A DNA stretch of 64,000 nt from Parcubacteria group bacterium (lineage in GTDB: Bacteria; Patescibacteriota; Minisyncoccia; Moranbacterales; UBA11712), in assembly GCA_041659685.1 (NCBI GenBank), contig JBAZXV010000002.1:39527-103526 (forward strand), written 5' to 3'. Under the pieces are notes generated by a model. That model was not told where the DNA came from. It worked only from the letters and a program-made list of their open reading frames with translations, and did no database searches. Of this stretch, positions 18,477 to 26,127 are shown piece by piece. The stretch's first letter is position 1, and every line of letters begins with the position of its first letter. The translations under genes and the position numbers were made by a program.

Positions 18477-19148
18477 ATGAACAGAAAAATAAAAAGGTTT
18501 TTCAAAAGGCACTGGATAGAGATAATCATCCTCGCGGGAATTTATGCAATAGCGTTCGACAACAGGATTCCTTCGGGATTGGAATACAGACTGGGAAGAG
18601 GATATTTCGTTCCTTACGACAGCCATTTCCTTTTTTGGGTGAAACGAGGAACGCTCATAACTACGCGGGAATTGAGGTATTGGGCGATTATCTCGCCTTT
18701 GCAGTATGTTTTTTTGGCACTGGGACTAGTATTGCTTTTCAGGAAATACGTTCTGCCTTCGGTGAAGAAAGAGGGGCAAAAAAGAATCGTGCTTGTAGAC
18801 GACGAACAATTTATGCTGGATGTGTATAAAAATAAATTTCAAGAAAACGGCTATGCGGTTAAAACATACTTTATCCTTGAAGATGATTTCATAAAAGAGA
18901 TAGCCGACTTCAAGCCCGATGTTATTATGACCAACATCACGATGCCAAACATTGACGGCTTCCAATTCACGGAAAAACTCAAAAATAACGAAATGACCAA
19001 AAACATCAAAGTCGTCGCTTTAACCACTTGCAGCAGCCGTGAGGATAAAAGGAAAGGCTTTGCAGTCGGTATGGAGGATTATCTCGTCAAATCCAAATTC
19101 ACCCCCGATGAGGTTGTGAGGGAGATTGGCGATATTTTAAGGGATTGA
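18477..19148 (+). CDS. Membrane-anchored response-regulator receiver-domain protein (atypical: Asn at the phospho-acceptor position)
   Basis: Two N-terminal TM helices, then REC-domain motifs RIVLVDDE, ...PDVIMTNITMPNIDG, ALTTCSS, YLVKSKF. The position aligned to the phospho-Asp of DxxMP is N in MTNITMP. Confidence 0.65.
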   Translation: MNRKIKRFFKRHWIEIIILAGIYAIAFDNRIPSGLEYRLGRGYFVPYDSHFLFWVKRGTLITTRELRYWAIISPLQYVFLALGLVLLFRKYVLPSVKKEGQKRIVLVDDEQFMLDVYKNKFQENGYAVKTYFILEDDFIKEIADFKPDVIMTNITMPNIDGFQFTEKLKNNEMTKNIKVVALTTCSSREDKRKGFAVGMEDYLVKSKFTPDEVVREIGDILRD

Positions 19149-19313
19149 AATGCAGGAGTGTGAGAGATTATAATATCACCACGCCACCACCTTGTTATTA
19201 TGCAACTGCCTTGCGAAAAAAGAAAAAGACCCCTCAAATAAGCGGAAAAACTTTACTTTTCGCGGTTTTCAGAGTAGAGTGGAAAAGGAAATGGTTGAAA
19301 TAAAAAGGAAATT

Positions 19314-20798
19314 ATGCCCAAAATATCGCTTAAAGAGCTGGAGTCTTTTCTTTGGAAAAGCGCTGATATTCTTCGAGGAAAAATCGATTCCAGTGATTAT
19401 AAAAAATACATTTTCGGACTGCTTTTCTATAAGCGGATAAGTGATGTTTGGCTTGAAGAGCACGAGGAGTTTGCGAAAGAATATAAAAACACGGGCGCGG
19501 AAGAAGAGCCTTTTCACCGCTTCCAACTTCCCGAAGACGCACGCTGGGAAATTATTCAAAATGCTTCGCAGGAAATTGGCGTGAAACTCGACAAAATTTT
19601 TGACAAACTCACCAACGCCAACAGCCCGAAACTCGACAAAATTTTCGACGACCTCAACTTCGCTGATGCCGACCGCTTCCCGAACGATGTTCTTCAAAGA
19701 CTGATAAACCATTTTTCGCAATACAATTTCGGAAACACCTATATCAACTCGGACATTCTCGGCGACGCTTACGAATATCTCATCAAGCACTTTGCCGCCG
19801 ATGCGGGCAAAAAAGGCGGCGAGTTCTACACCCCGCGCGAAGTGGAGCGAGTAATAATCCAAATTTTGAAGCCCCACGAAAAAGACCATATCTATGACCC
19901 CACTTGCGGAAGCGGTGGTTTTTTATTGGAAGCCTATCATTTCGTCAAAGAAAAATACGGCAAGGAAGCGACGAGAAAAATATATCTTTATGGGCAGGAG
20001 ATGAACATCGGCACATACGCCATCGCTAAAATAAATATGTTTCTTCACGGGCTGGACGGCTCGGATATCAGGCGAGAGGACACTTTGCGAGAACCGCTTT
20101 TTAAAGACGAACTGGGCAACCTCAAGACTTTCGATATTGTCGTAGCTAATCCACCCTACTCAATCAAAGAATGGGCGCACGAACTTTTCGAAGCCGACAA
20201 ATTCGGCAGAAAAGACGGCTTTGACACCCCGCCCAGAAAAAACGCCGACTATGCTTTCGTCCTTCATATGATTGCCTCACTCAACAAAAACGGCAAAGCG
20301 GGAATCGTCCTGCCGCACGGCGTGCTTTTCCGAGGCGGAGCGGAAGGAAGAATCAGAAAACAGATAATCGACAAGGATTTGTTTGAGGCGATTGTGGCGC
20401 TTCCAGCAAAACTTTTCTATGGCACGGGCATTCCCGCTTGCATTTTGATACTGAATAAAAATAAGCCGAAGGAGCATAAAAATAAAATCTTGTTCATCGA
20501 CGCGGAAAAGGATTATCTTGAAGGCAAAAATCAAAATAGCTTGCGGGAGCAGGACATTGAAAAAATCATCAAAGCCTTTGACGGCTACAAGGATATTGTG
20601 AAATATGCGCGTGTTATCGGCTATGAGGAACTGAAAGAAAATGATTTCAATCTCAATGTGCGGCGTTATGTCGAAAATGGCGAAGATGAAGAAAAAATTG
20701 ATGTGAAAAAAGTTTGGGCAGAGCTCAAGGAGCTTGAAAAAGAGCGGGAGAAAATCGATGGGGAAGTGGCAGGGTTTATAAAAGAATTAGGATATTGA
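19314..20798 (+). CDS. hsdM: Type I restriction-modification methyltransferase subunit HsdM
   Basis: N-terminal HsdM_N-like LWKSADILRG. Motif I DPTCGSGGFL. Motif IV VVANPPYS. Confidence 0.9.
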   Translation: MPKISLKELESFLWKSADILRGKIDSSDYKKYIFGLLFYKRISDVWLEEHEEFAKEYKNTGAEEEPFHRFQLPEDARWEIIQNASQEIGVKLDKIFDKLTNANSPKLDKIFDDLNFADADRFPNDVLQRLINHFSQYNFGNTYINSDILGDAYEYLIKHFAADAGKKGGEFYTPREVERVIIQILKPHEKDHIYDPTCGSGGFLLEAYHFVKEKYGKEATRKIYLYGQEMNIGTYAIAKINMFLHGLDGSDIRREDTLREPLFKDELGNLKTFDIVVANPPYSIKEWAHELFEADKFGRKDGFDTPPRKNADYAFVLHMIASLNKNGKAGIVLPHGVLFRGGAEGRIRKQIIDKDLFEAIVALPAKLFYGTGIPACILILNKNKPKEHKNKILFIDAEKDYLEGKNQNSLREQDIEKIIKAFDGYKDIVKYARVIGYEELKENDFNLNVRRYVENGEDEEKIDVKKVWAELKELEKEREKIDGEVAGFIKELGY

Positions 20799-20799
20799 A

Positions 20800-21057
20800 A
20801 TGGGAAAAGATTATAAGCTTGAAATATCGGAATCAATAAAACTTGACGACTGGTCAAGAAATTTAGGCAAGTCGGGAGAAAAAGTTAAAGGTAAGCCCAA
20901 AAGGGAAATTGAGCAATATGTCGGGAATAGAGATAAGAACGTCGTTTCGGAATTTGAAAGATTGAGAGAAAAAAACAAAAAAACGAAAGTGATTCATAGG
21001 TTATGGAGAAGATTTGGGAATATTTTCAAAAAAGTTCACGAACACGAAAAAGAATAA
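20800..21057 (+). CDS. Small basic hypothetical protein (85 aa) within the Type I R-M operon
   Basis: Start adjoins the hsdM stop. No motif. Confidence 0.3.
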   Translation: MGKDYKLEISESIKLDDWSRNLGKSGEKVKGKPKREIEQYVGNRDKNVVSEFERLREKNKKTKVIHRLWRRFGNIFKKVHEHEKE

Positions 21058-21066
21058 ATTAACAAT

Positions 21067-21564
21067 ATGTCGGACGATAATAAAAATACTAAAGATGAGG
21101 AAATAAAAGAAAGAATAAGAGATGAAGATTTCAAAGCTTTGTGTAAGCAAAGAGAATCTCTTGATAAAGCGAGAATCCAAATGTCCAATGTCTTCGACAA
21201 GTATCTTCTAACTTTTTCGACTGGTGGTTTATTTTTGTCGGTTAGTTTCACAAATACGATTATAGGGAATGAAATAAACCAGAAGAATCTTTTGTCTATA
21301 GGCTGGATATTTTTGATAGTATCAATAATTTCAGTTTTATTTTCTTTCAATTTTAGTGAATATGCTCACGAAAGGCATATACAAATAGTCGATGCTCTTA
21401 TCAAAACCAAACGAAAAAAGAATAGCGAAGAAGGAGTGAATATAATTGTGAATATGGAAAATTGTTGGAAGAAGCCCTTGTTTATTTTTAGGTGGCTTGC
21501 GATTTTTGCTTTTATAAGCGGGATAATAATATTAAGCAGATTTTATTTCTTAAACATAAAATAA
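21067..21564 (+). CDS. Hypothetical membrane protein (about 3 TM) within the Type I R-M operon
   Basis: Charged N-terminus then TM helices (GGLFLSVSF..., IGWIFLIVSIISVLF, WLAIFAFISGIIILS). Confidence 0.4.
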   Translation: MSDDNKNTKDEEIKERIRDEDFKALCKQRESLDKARIQMSNVFDKYLLTFSTGGLFLSVSFTNTIIGNEINQKNLLSIGWIFLIVSIISVLFSFNFSEYAHERHIQIVDALIKTKRKKNSEEGVNIIVNMENCWKKPLFIFRWLAIFAFISGIIILSRFYFLNIK

Positions 21565-21750
21565 TGACAAATCAACCAAACGAGAAAAAAAGACCGACGG
21601 AAGAGCCTAAACCAGAGCCCTCCATCCCAGAAAGAGAAATTCCTGATTCTCCTCGCAGAGGGAGCGAACCACTCACGCCTGGAAGAGATGATAAAGGGCT
21701 GAATCCAAATGACATTTTTCCCGTTGAGGGAGGAGATAAAAAATAGATTT

Positions 21751-22989
21751 ATGTCAAAAGTCAGAGAAAAGCTAAAAGAAGAATGGATAAGAGTAAAGCT
21801 GGCAGATATAAGCCAGATAAAGAGAGGAGCATCTCCAAGACCAATTGGCGACCCTCGATATTTTTCAGATAAAGGAAGAGGTTGGATAAGAATATCCGAT
21901 GTATCAAAATCATATAAATATTTGAAAAGAACTAAACAATATTTATCTGAACTAGGAGAAGAGAGAAGTGTGAAGGTAGACAGAGGAGATTTAATTATGA
22001 GTATATGCGCTACGGTTGGCAAACCAATAATGATAAAAATACCAGCTTGTATTCACGATGGTTTTGTTTTGTTTGACAAATTGCATAAAAAAAAAGTTGA
22101 TACAGAGTTTCTTTTTTATGCTTTGCTAAATTCCGAGAATACATTTTTAGGAAGCGGGCAAACTGGCTCACAGAAAAACCTAAATACTACAATCGTAGGA
22201 AATACAGAAATTTTATTGCCTCCTATTTACAAGCAGAAAATAATCGCTGAAATTTTATCGAAGGTTGACGAGGATATCGAAAAAACGTGTGAGGTGATAA
22301 AAAAGTCGGAAAAAATAAAGAAGGGTTTAATGCGAGAACTTTTTACAAAAGGAATCGGACATAAAAAATTAAAAAAAACAAAATTGGGAATGATTCCTGA
22401 AGAGTGGGAGGTTTTATCACTAGGGGAAATGGGAATCTTTTCAAAAGGAAAAGGAATTTCAAAAAAAGAATTGATACCGACTGGTTTACCCGCAATACGA
22501 TACGGGGAAATATATACCAAGCATAATTTTATTATAAAAAAGTTTTATTCTTTTATATCTAAAAAAACAGCAAGTGAGAGCATTTCTATAAAAAAAGGCG
22601 ATATTCTGTTCACTGGTTCAGGAGAGACTCCAGAAGAAATTGGTAAATCTGTTGCATATTTAGGTGATGAGAAGGCGTATGCGGGGGGTGATATTATTAT
22701 ATTTTCGCCAAGTAAAGGCAACAGCCTCTTTTTGAGCTACCTCTTTAACAGTCCTTTGGTTAGAAATGATTTAACGAAATTGGGTCAGGGAAATTCAGTA
22801 GTGCATATGTATAAGGGGCTTCTGGAAAAAATAAAAGTTGCTATACCAAATATTGATGAACAAAATAATATCGCTGGAATCATTTCAAAGATTGATGAAA
22901 AAATTGATGGGTATAAAAAAACAAAGTCTAAACTTGAAACCCTCAAAAAAGGATTGATGCAGGATTTATTAAGTGCAAAAAATTTATGA
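21751..22989 (+). CDS. hsdS: Type I restriction-modification specificity subunit HsdS (two target-recognition domains)
   Basis: Canonical N-terminus EEWIRVKLADISQIKRGASP and central conserved LPPIYKQKIIAEILSKVDEDIEKT, with a repeated C-terminal LETLKKGLMQDLLS. The start is chosen at the ATG preceded by a GAGGGAGGAG Shine-Dalgarno sequence. The ORF track's alternative start is 21709. Confidence 0.85.
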   Translation: MSKVREKLKEEWIRVKLADISQIKRGASPRPIGDPRYFSDKGRGWIRISDVSKSYKYLKRTKQYLSELGEERSVKVDRGDLIMSICATVGKPIMIKIPACIHDGFVLFDKLHKKKVDTEFLFYALLNSENTFLGSGQTGSQKNLNTTIVGNTEILLPPIYKQKIIAEILSKVDEDIEKTCEVIKKSEKIKKGLMRELFTKGIGHKKLKKTKLGMIPEEWEVLSLGEMGIFSKGKGISKKELIPTGLPAIRYGEIYTKHNFIIKKFYSFISKKTASESISIKKGDILFTGSGETPEEIGKSVAYLGDEKAYAGGDIIIFSPSKGNSLFLSYLFNSPLVRNDLTKLGQGNSVVHMYKGLLEKIKVAIPNIDEQNNIAGIISKIDEKIDGYKKTKSKLETLKKGLMQDLLSAKNL

Positions 22990-24053
22990 AGAAGTATTTA
23001 TTCATCGATACAAATATATACATTCAGTGCTGCTTATTGGAACTAGAAGGAGATAATCTGGACACACTTAATGATTTAGAGAAGCTGTTGGAAAAAAATA
23101 AAGTGAAATTATTACTGCCCGAAGTGGTTGAGTTGGAATTTTACAAAAGGATAGAAGAGAAGATGGAAGAACTTAAAAATAAAATAGGAAGTTATAAAGA
23201 AAGCATCAACAAGGGAGATTTGGATAAAAAGATAAAGAAAGACCTGATAAAAAAATTGGGCGAGTGTATGAAGGATAGGGAAAAGAATACCGAAAAGGTA
23301 AAGAAGAAAATGGAAGAAATTTTTGAAAACAAAAAGTTTACAATCAAAAAGAATCTAGAAATAAACGAAAATAATTTAATAAACTCATACAAAACATTTT
23401 TATCTGGGAAGAAGCCATACAAAAAGGAAGGGAAAGGAGAAATACAACCAGATTGTTTAATTATTGAAACACTCGTCTCGTTCTTCAATGGAATCAGAAA
23501 ATACGATTTATTTTTTTGTAGTTCCAATAAAAAAGATTTTGCTCAACATCAAGGTGATAAAAAAGATTTGATAATTCATAGCGAAGTCGCAAAAAGATTC
23601 AAAAACATAAAATACTACGAAAATTTGTTCGAACTATTAAATGCAGAATTTGGTGGACAATATTCGGAGGAATCGATAAAGGAATTGAATGAAAAAGAAG
23701 CGGATATTTTTTATACAAAAAGTCCGTCCATAGATGCACTTGCGAGCATTAGAGGAACTGAATCGCCTACGAGATTAGGGGGCTTGGCTGATTATTACAA
23801 AGAGTGTCGGGCTTCTTTTGCAGATGTCAATAACGGAATAATACCCAATTCCGCGGCAATGAGAACTGGTAAAGATTCTTTGTCTCTTTTTGATGCGTCT
23901 TGTGCAATTCCCGAAGATAGTTTTCATCACGCTAGTTTTCGCCTAATGCCGCTAAAACGCTGCAAGAAATGTGGTGAATCATATGAGATTGGAGAGAATC
24001 GTTTGGTAGACGACGGATTATGTGATAAGTGTAGGAATAAAGGGTTAATGTAA
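22986..24053 (+). CDS. PIN-like N-terminal domain protein with central coiled coil and C-terminal Cys4 zinc ribbon (inserted between hsdS and hsdR)
   Basis: N-terminus MKKYLFIDTNIYIQC is a PIN-like acidic strand. Lys/Glu-rich coiled coil. C-terminal CKKCGESYEIG...CDKCRN. The ATGA start overlaps the hsdS stop. Confidence 0.45.
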   Translation: MKKYLFIDTNIYIQCCLLELEGDNLDTLNDLEKLLEKNKVKLLLPEVVELEFYKRIEEKMEELKNKIGSYKESINKGDLDKKIKKDLIKKLGECMKDREKNTEKVKKKMEEIFENKKFTIKKNLEINENNLINSYKTFLSGKKPYKKEGKGEIQPDCLIIETLVSFFNGIRKYDLFFCSSNKKDFAQHQGDKKDLIIHSEVAKRFKNIKYYENLFELLNAEFGGQYSEESIKELNEKEADIFYTKSPSIDALASIRGTESPTRLGGLADYYKECRASFADVNNGIIPNSAAMRTGKDSLSLFDASCAIPEDSFHHASFRLMPLKRCKKCGESYEIGENRLVDDGLCDKCRNKGLM

Positions 24054-24073
24054 ATTTATTGAACGAATAAAAA

Positions 24074-24937
24074 ATGAGCGATGAGTATATGGGCATACAA
24101 GAATATTTAGATAAAATAAAAGACGAATCAGAGGAGCGTTTCAATAATTTTGATATTGAGGAAATTGGTAGCAAAAGCATTAAATATATTTCTGACAACG
24201 CGTATCTAGAAAAACCAGTATGGTTAGGAGGAGACAATAAATATGTGTGTTTGTTTATTGATTTAGATAATTCATCAAAACTATCTTTCAAAAAACATCC
24301 AGCAACAATGGCGAAGATTTATGATTATTTTACTCAAAATATAGTCAATATTATGAGTGAAGGCGGTATAAACGCTGATTATATCGATATAAAAGGCGAT
24401 GGCGCGTTCGGGATATTTGAAGGTGAAAATGCTGTTTGGAAAGCTTTATGTTGCGCAGCTACTTTTAAAACATTTTTTGATAAGTATATTAGAAAAAAGT
24501 TCCAGACTGATTCGGATATAATAAATTGTAAAATGGCGATTGATATAGATAAAATACTGGTTAGAAAGTTGGGTAAAAAGGGGGATAAAAATAATAATGA
24601 GGTTTGGGCAGGCAGGGTTGTAAATAACACTGCAAAGATTTCCTCTCTAGCAAACGAAATTTACGATAAAGATGCGGGGATAAATAAAAATAGCAGAAGC
24701 TTGGTAATAATATCGGATAAAATTTATAGCAAACTTTTTGAAAAGCAAAACTACACGATAATCAGTTGCGGTTGTGATGGAAGCGGCGTTAAGACAAATA
24801 AAGCCAATATCTGGAGGGAATACAATTGTAGCGATAATAATAATGTAAATTGTGAAAAAGTATATTATACATCAACTCAATGGTGCGATATTCACGGAGA
24901 CGAATATATGAGTGAAATTTTGAAAAAAAATAATTAA
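24074..24937 (+). CDS. Class III nucleotidyl cyclase-homology (CHD) protein, copy 1; candidate Pycsar-like pyrimidine/purine cyclase
   Basis: CLFIDLDNSSKL matches the F.DI.GFT metal-Asp strand. IKGDGAFGIFEG matches the K..GDaymavf second-Asp strand. EVWAGRVVNNTAKISSLA matches the dvwGd.VN.AaR transition-state region. C-terminal Cys-rich tail. Confidence 0.55.
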   Translation: MSDEYMGIQEYLDKIKDESEERFNNFDIEEIGSKSIKYISDNAYLEKPVWLGGDNKYVCLFIDLDNSSKLSFKKHPATMAKIYDYFTQNIVNIMSEGGINADYIDIKGDGAFGIFEGENAVWKALCCAATFKTFFDKYIRKKFQTDSDIINCKMAIDIDKILVRKLGKKGDKNNNEVWAGRVVNNTAKISSLANEIYDKDAGINKNSRSLVIISDKIYSKLFEKQNYTIISCGCDGSGVKTNKANIWREYNCSDNNNVNCEKVYYTSTQWCDIHGDEYMSEILKKNN

Positions 24938-24945
24938 ATATAACT

Positions 24946-25656
24946 ATGGGATTAAAAGAGGAGATTACGGAAAAAGTAAAAGGTTATATGGGCTCTGCCT
25001 ACGAAATTACTGATGGCAATGTTATACCCGACAAGCAAAGCATTGGTTTTGGCGCAAAAGCGAAAAGATTAAAACACGCAATAGTTATGTATGCTGATTT
25101 GAGAGGTTCGAGGGGGATATTATCTGATAATACCAAACTATTAACCTGTAGAGCGCACAAATCTTTTTTATATGCCGCTGCCAAGTGCATAAGAAATGAA
25201 GATGGTCATTTGAGAAGTTTTAACGGCGATAGCTTATTGGCATTTTTTATCGGAGAAGATGCCGCGAAAAGAGCTGTTAGAGCGGCAATGAAAATTAAAT
25301 TTGCTGTTGTGAAAATCATCAATCCAATTTTAGAGGAAAAGGGAAAGAAAAAATTAAATTTTGGAATTGGTATCGGGCAGGGAGAAATTATGGTTGTTAA
25401 GAGCGGAGTTCCTGGCGAAGAAATGTATCAGGATTTGATATGGATTGGATGGGCGACATATCACGCTTTTGAATACGGCGACAGAGCAAGGTCTCCTCGG
25501 AATATCTGGATTTCAAAAAATGTCTATAAAACTATAGAGGATGATAAGAGCTTGACTCAATCTAATGGAAAAAGTATCTGGGTTTATAATGACGACCAAG
25601 AATTTTCTTTTGGGAAAGTTAGAGTATATAAAACCAGTTATCACTGGAATATATAA
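24946..25656 (+). CDS. Class III nucleotidyl cyclase-homology protein, copy 2 (possibly the degenerate partner of a heterodimer)
   Basis: AIVMYADLRGSRGI and SFNGDSLLAFFIGED reproduce the two Asp-containing strands. The downstream G..G...w.G region is present (GIGIGQGEIMVV...DLIWIGWATYHAF), but the Asn/Arg positions are not conserved. Confidence 0.5.
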   Translation: MGLKEEITEKVKGYMGSAYEITDGNVIPDKQSIGFGAKAKRLKHAIVMYADLRGSRGILSDNTKLLTCRAHKSFLYAAAKCIRNEDGHLRSFNGDSLLAFFIGEDAAKRAVRAAMKIKFAVVKIINPILEEKGKKKLNFGIGIGQGEIMVVKSGVPGEEMYQDLIWIGWATYHAFEYGDRARSPRNIWISKNVYKTIEDDKSLTQSNGKSIWVYNDDQEFSFGKVRVYKTSYHWNI

Positions 25657-25658
25657 AT

Positions 25659-26120
25659 ATGGAGCAACTGAAATTTATTCACAACACAATAATACATTGG
25701 ATAGACAAGACTGATAGCAAAGCGAATATAATACTCGCCTTGAAGCTTTTTATTTTGGGATATTTTTTGAAGGAGTTTCATATTCAAGATGTGGAGAAAT
25801 TTAAGCAATTTATTCTATTCATTTTTTTCTTTTCGTCTGCTCTATCATTCTTTTTTGTATTGAAAATAGTATATCCAAAGCTGTCTACGGGAGAGGCAAG
25901 TTCACTTCTTTATTTTAAGCATATTTCAGATAAATACAAATTTAATAAAAAGCAGGGAGCAGCTGACTACAAAAATCTAACCCCAGATAAATTAGAGCTA
26001 GATACTATAAATCAAATAATTTCGTTATCTATTGTCGCAACCGAAAAATATAGAGATTTACAAAAAAGCATTATCCTTTTATTTGTGGAAGTTATCTCGT
26101 TAACTATTCTATTTTTATGA
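25659..26120 (+). CDS. Small 3-TM membrane protein; candidate membrane-disrupting effector of the cyclase cassette
   Basis: 153 aa. Helices ANIILALKLFILGYFL, FILFIFFFSSALSFFFVLKIV and SIILLFVEVISLTILFL. Its start lies 3 nt after the stop of cyclase 2, and its stop lies 8 nt before the hsdR start. Confidence 0.45.
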   Translation: MEQLKFIHNTIIHWIDKTDSKANIILALKLFILGYFLKEFHIQDVEKFKQFILFIFFFSSALSFFFVLKIVYPKLSTGEASSLLYFKHISDKYKFNKKQGAADYKNLTPDKLELDTINQIISLSIVATEKYRDLQKSIILLFVEVISLTILFL

Positions 26121-26127
26121 AATAATT

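Noticed and set aside
21492-21746. 84-aa ORF as an N-terminal extension or frameshifted part of hsdS
   Set aside because: The canonical HsdS N-terminus (EEWIRVKLADISQIKRGASP) begins after the ATG at 21751, which has a strong Shine-Dalgarno sequence. The 84-aa ORF overlaps the upstream membrane-protein gene and is Pro/Glu-rich low complexity.
24074-25656. Interpreting the two cyclase-like proteins as CBASS CD-NTases or GGDEF diguanylate cyclases
   Set aside because: The motifs match the class III adenylyl/guanylyl cyclase (CHD) pattern (F.D..FT, GD.., VN.A.R). They do not match the GS...DxD Pol-beta pattern of CD-NTases or the GG[DE]EF motif.
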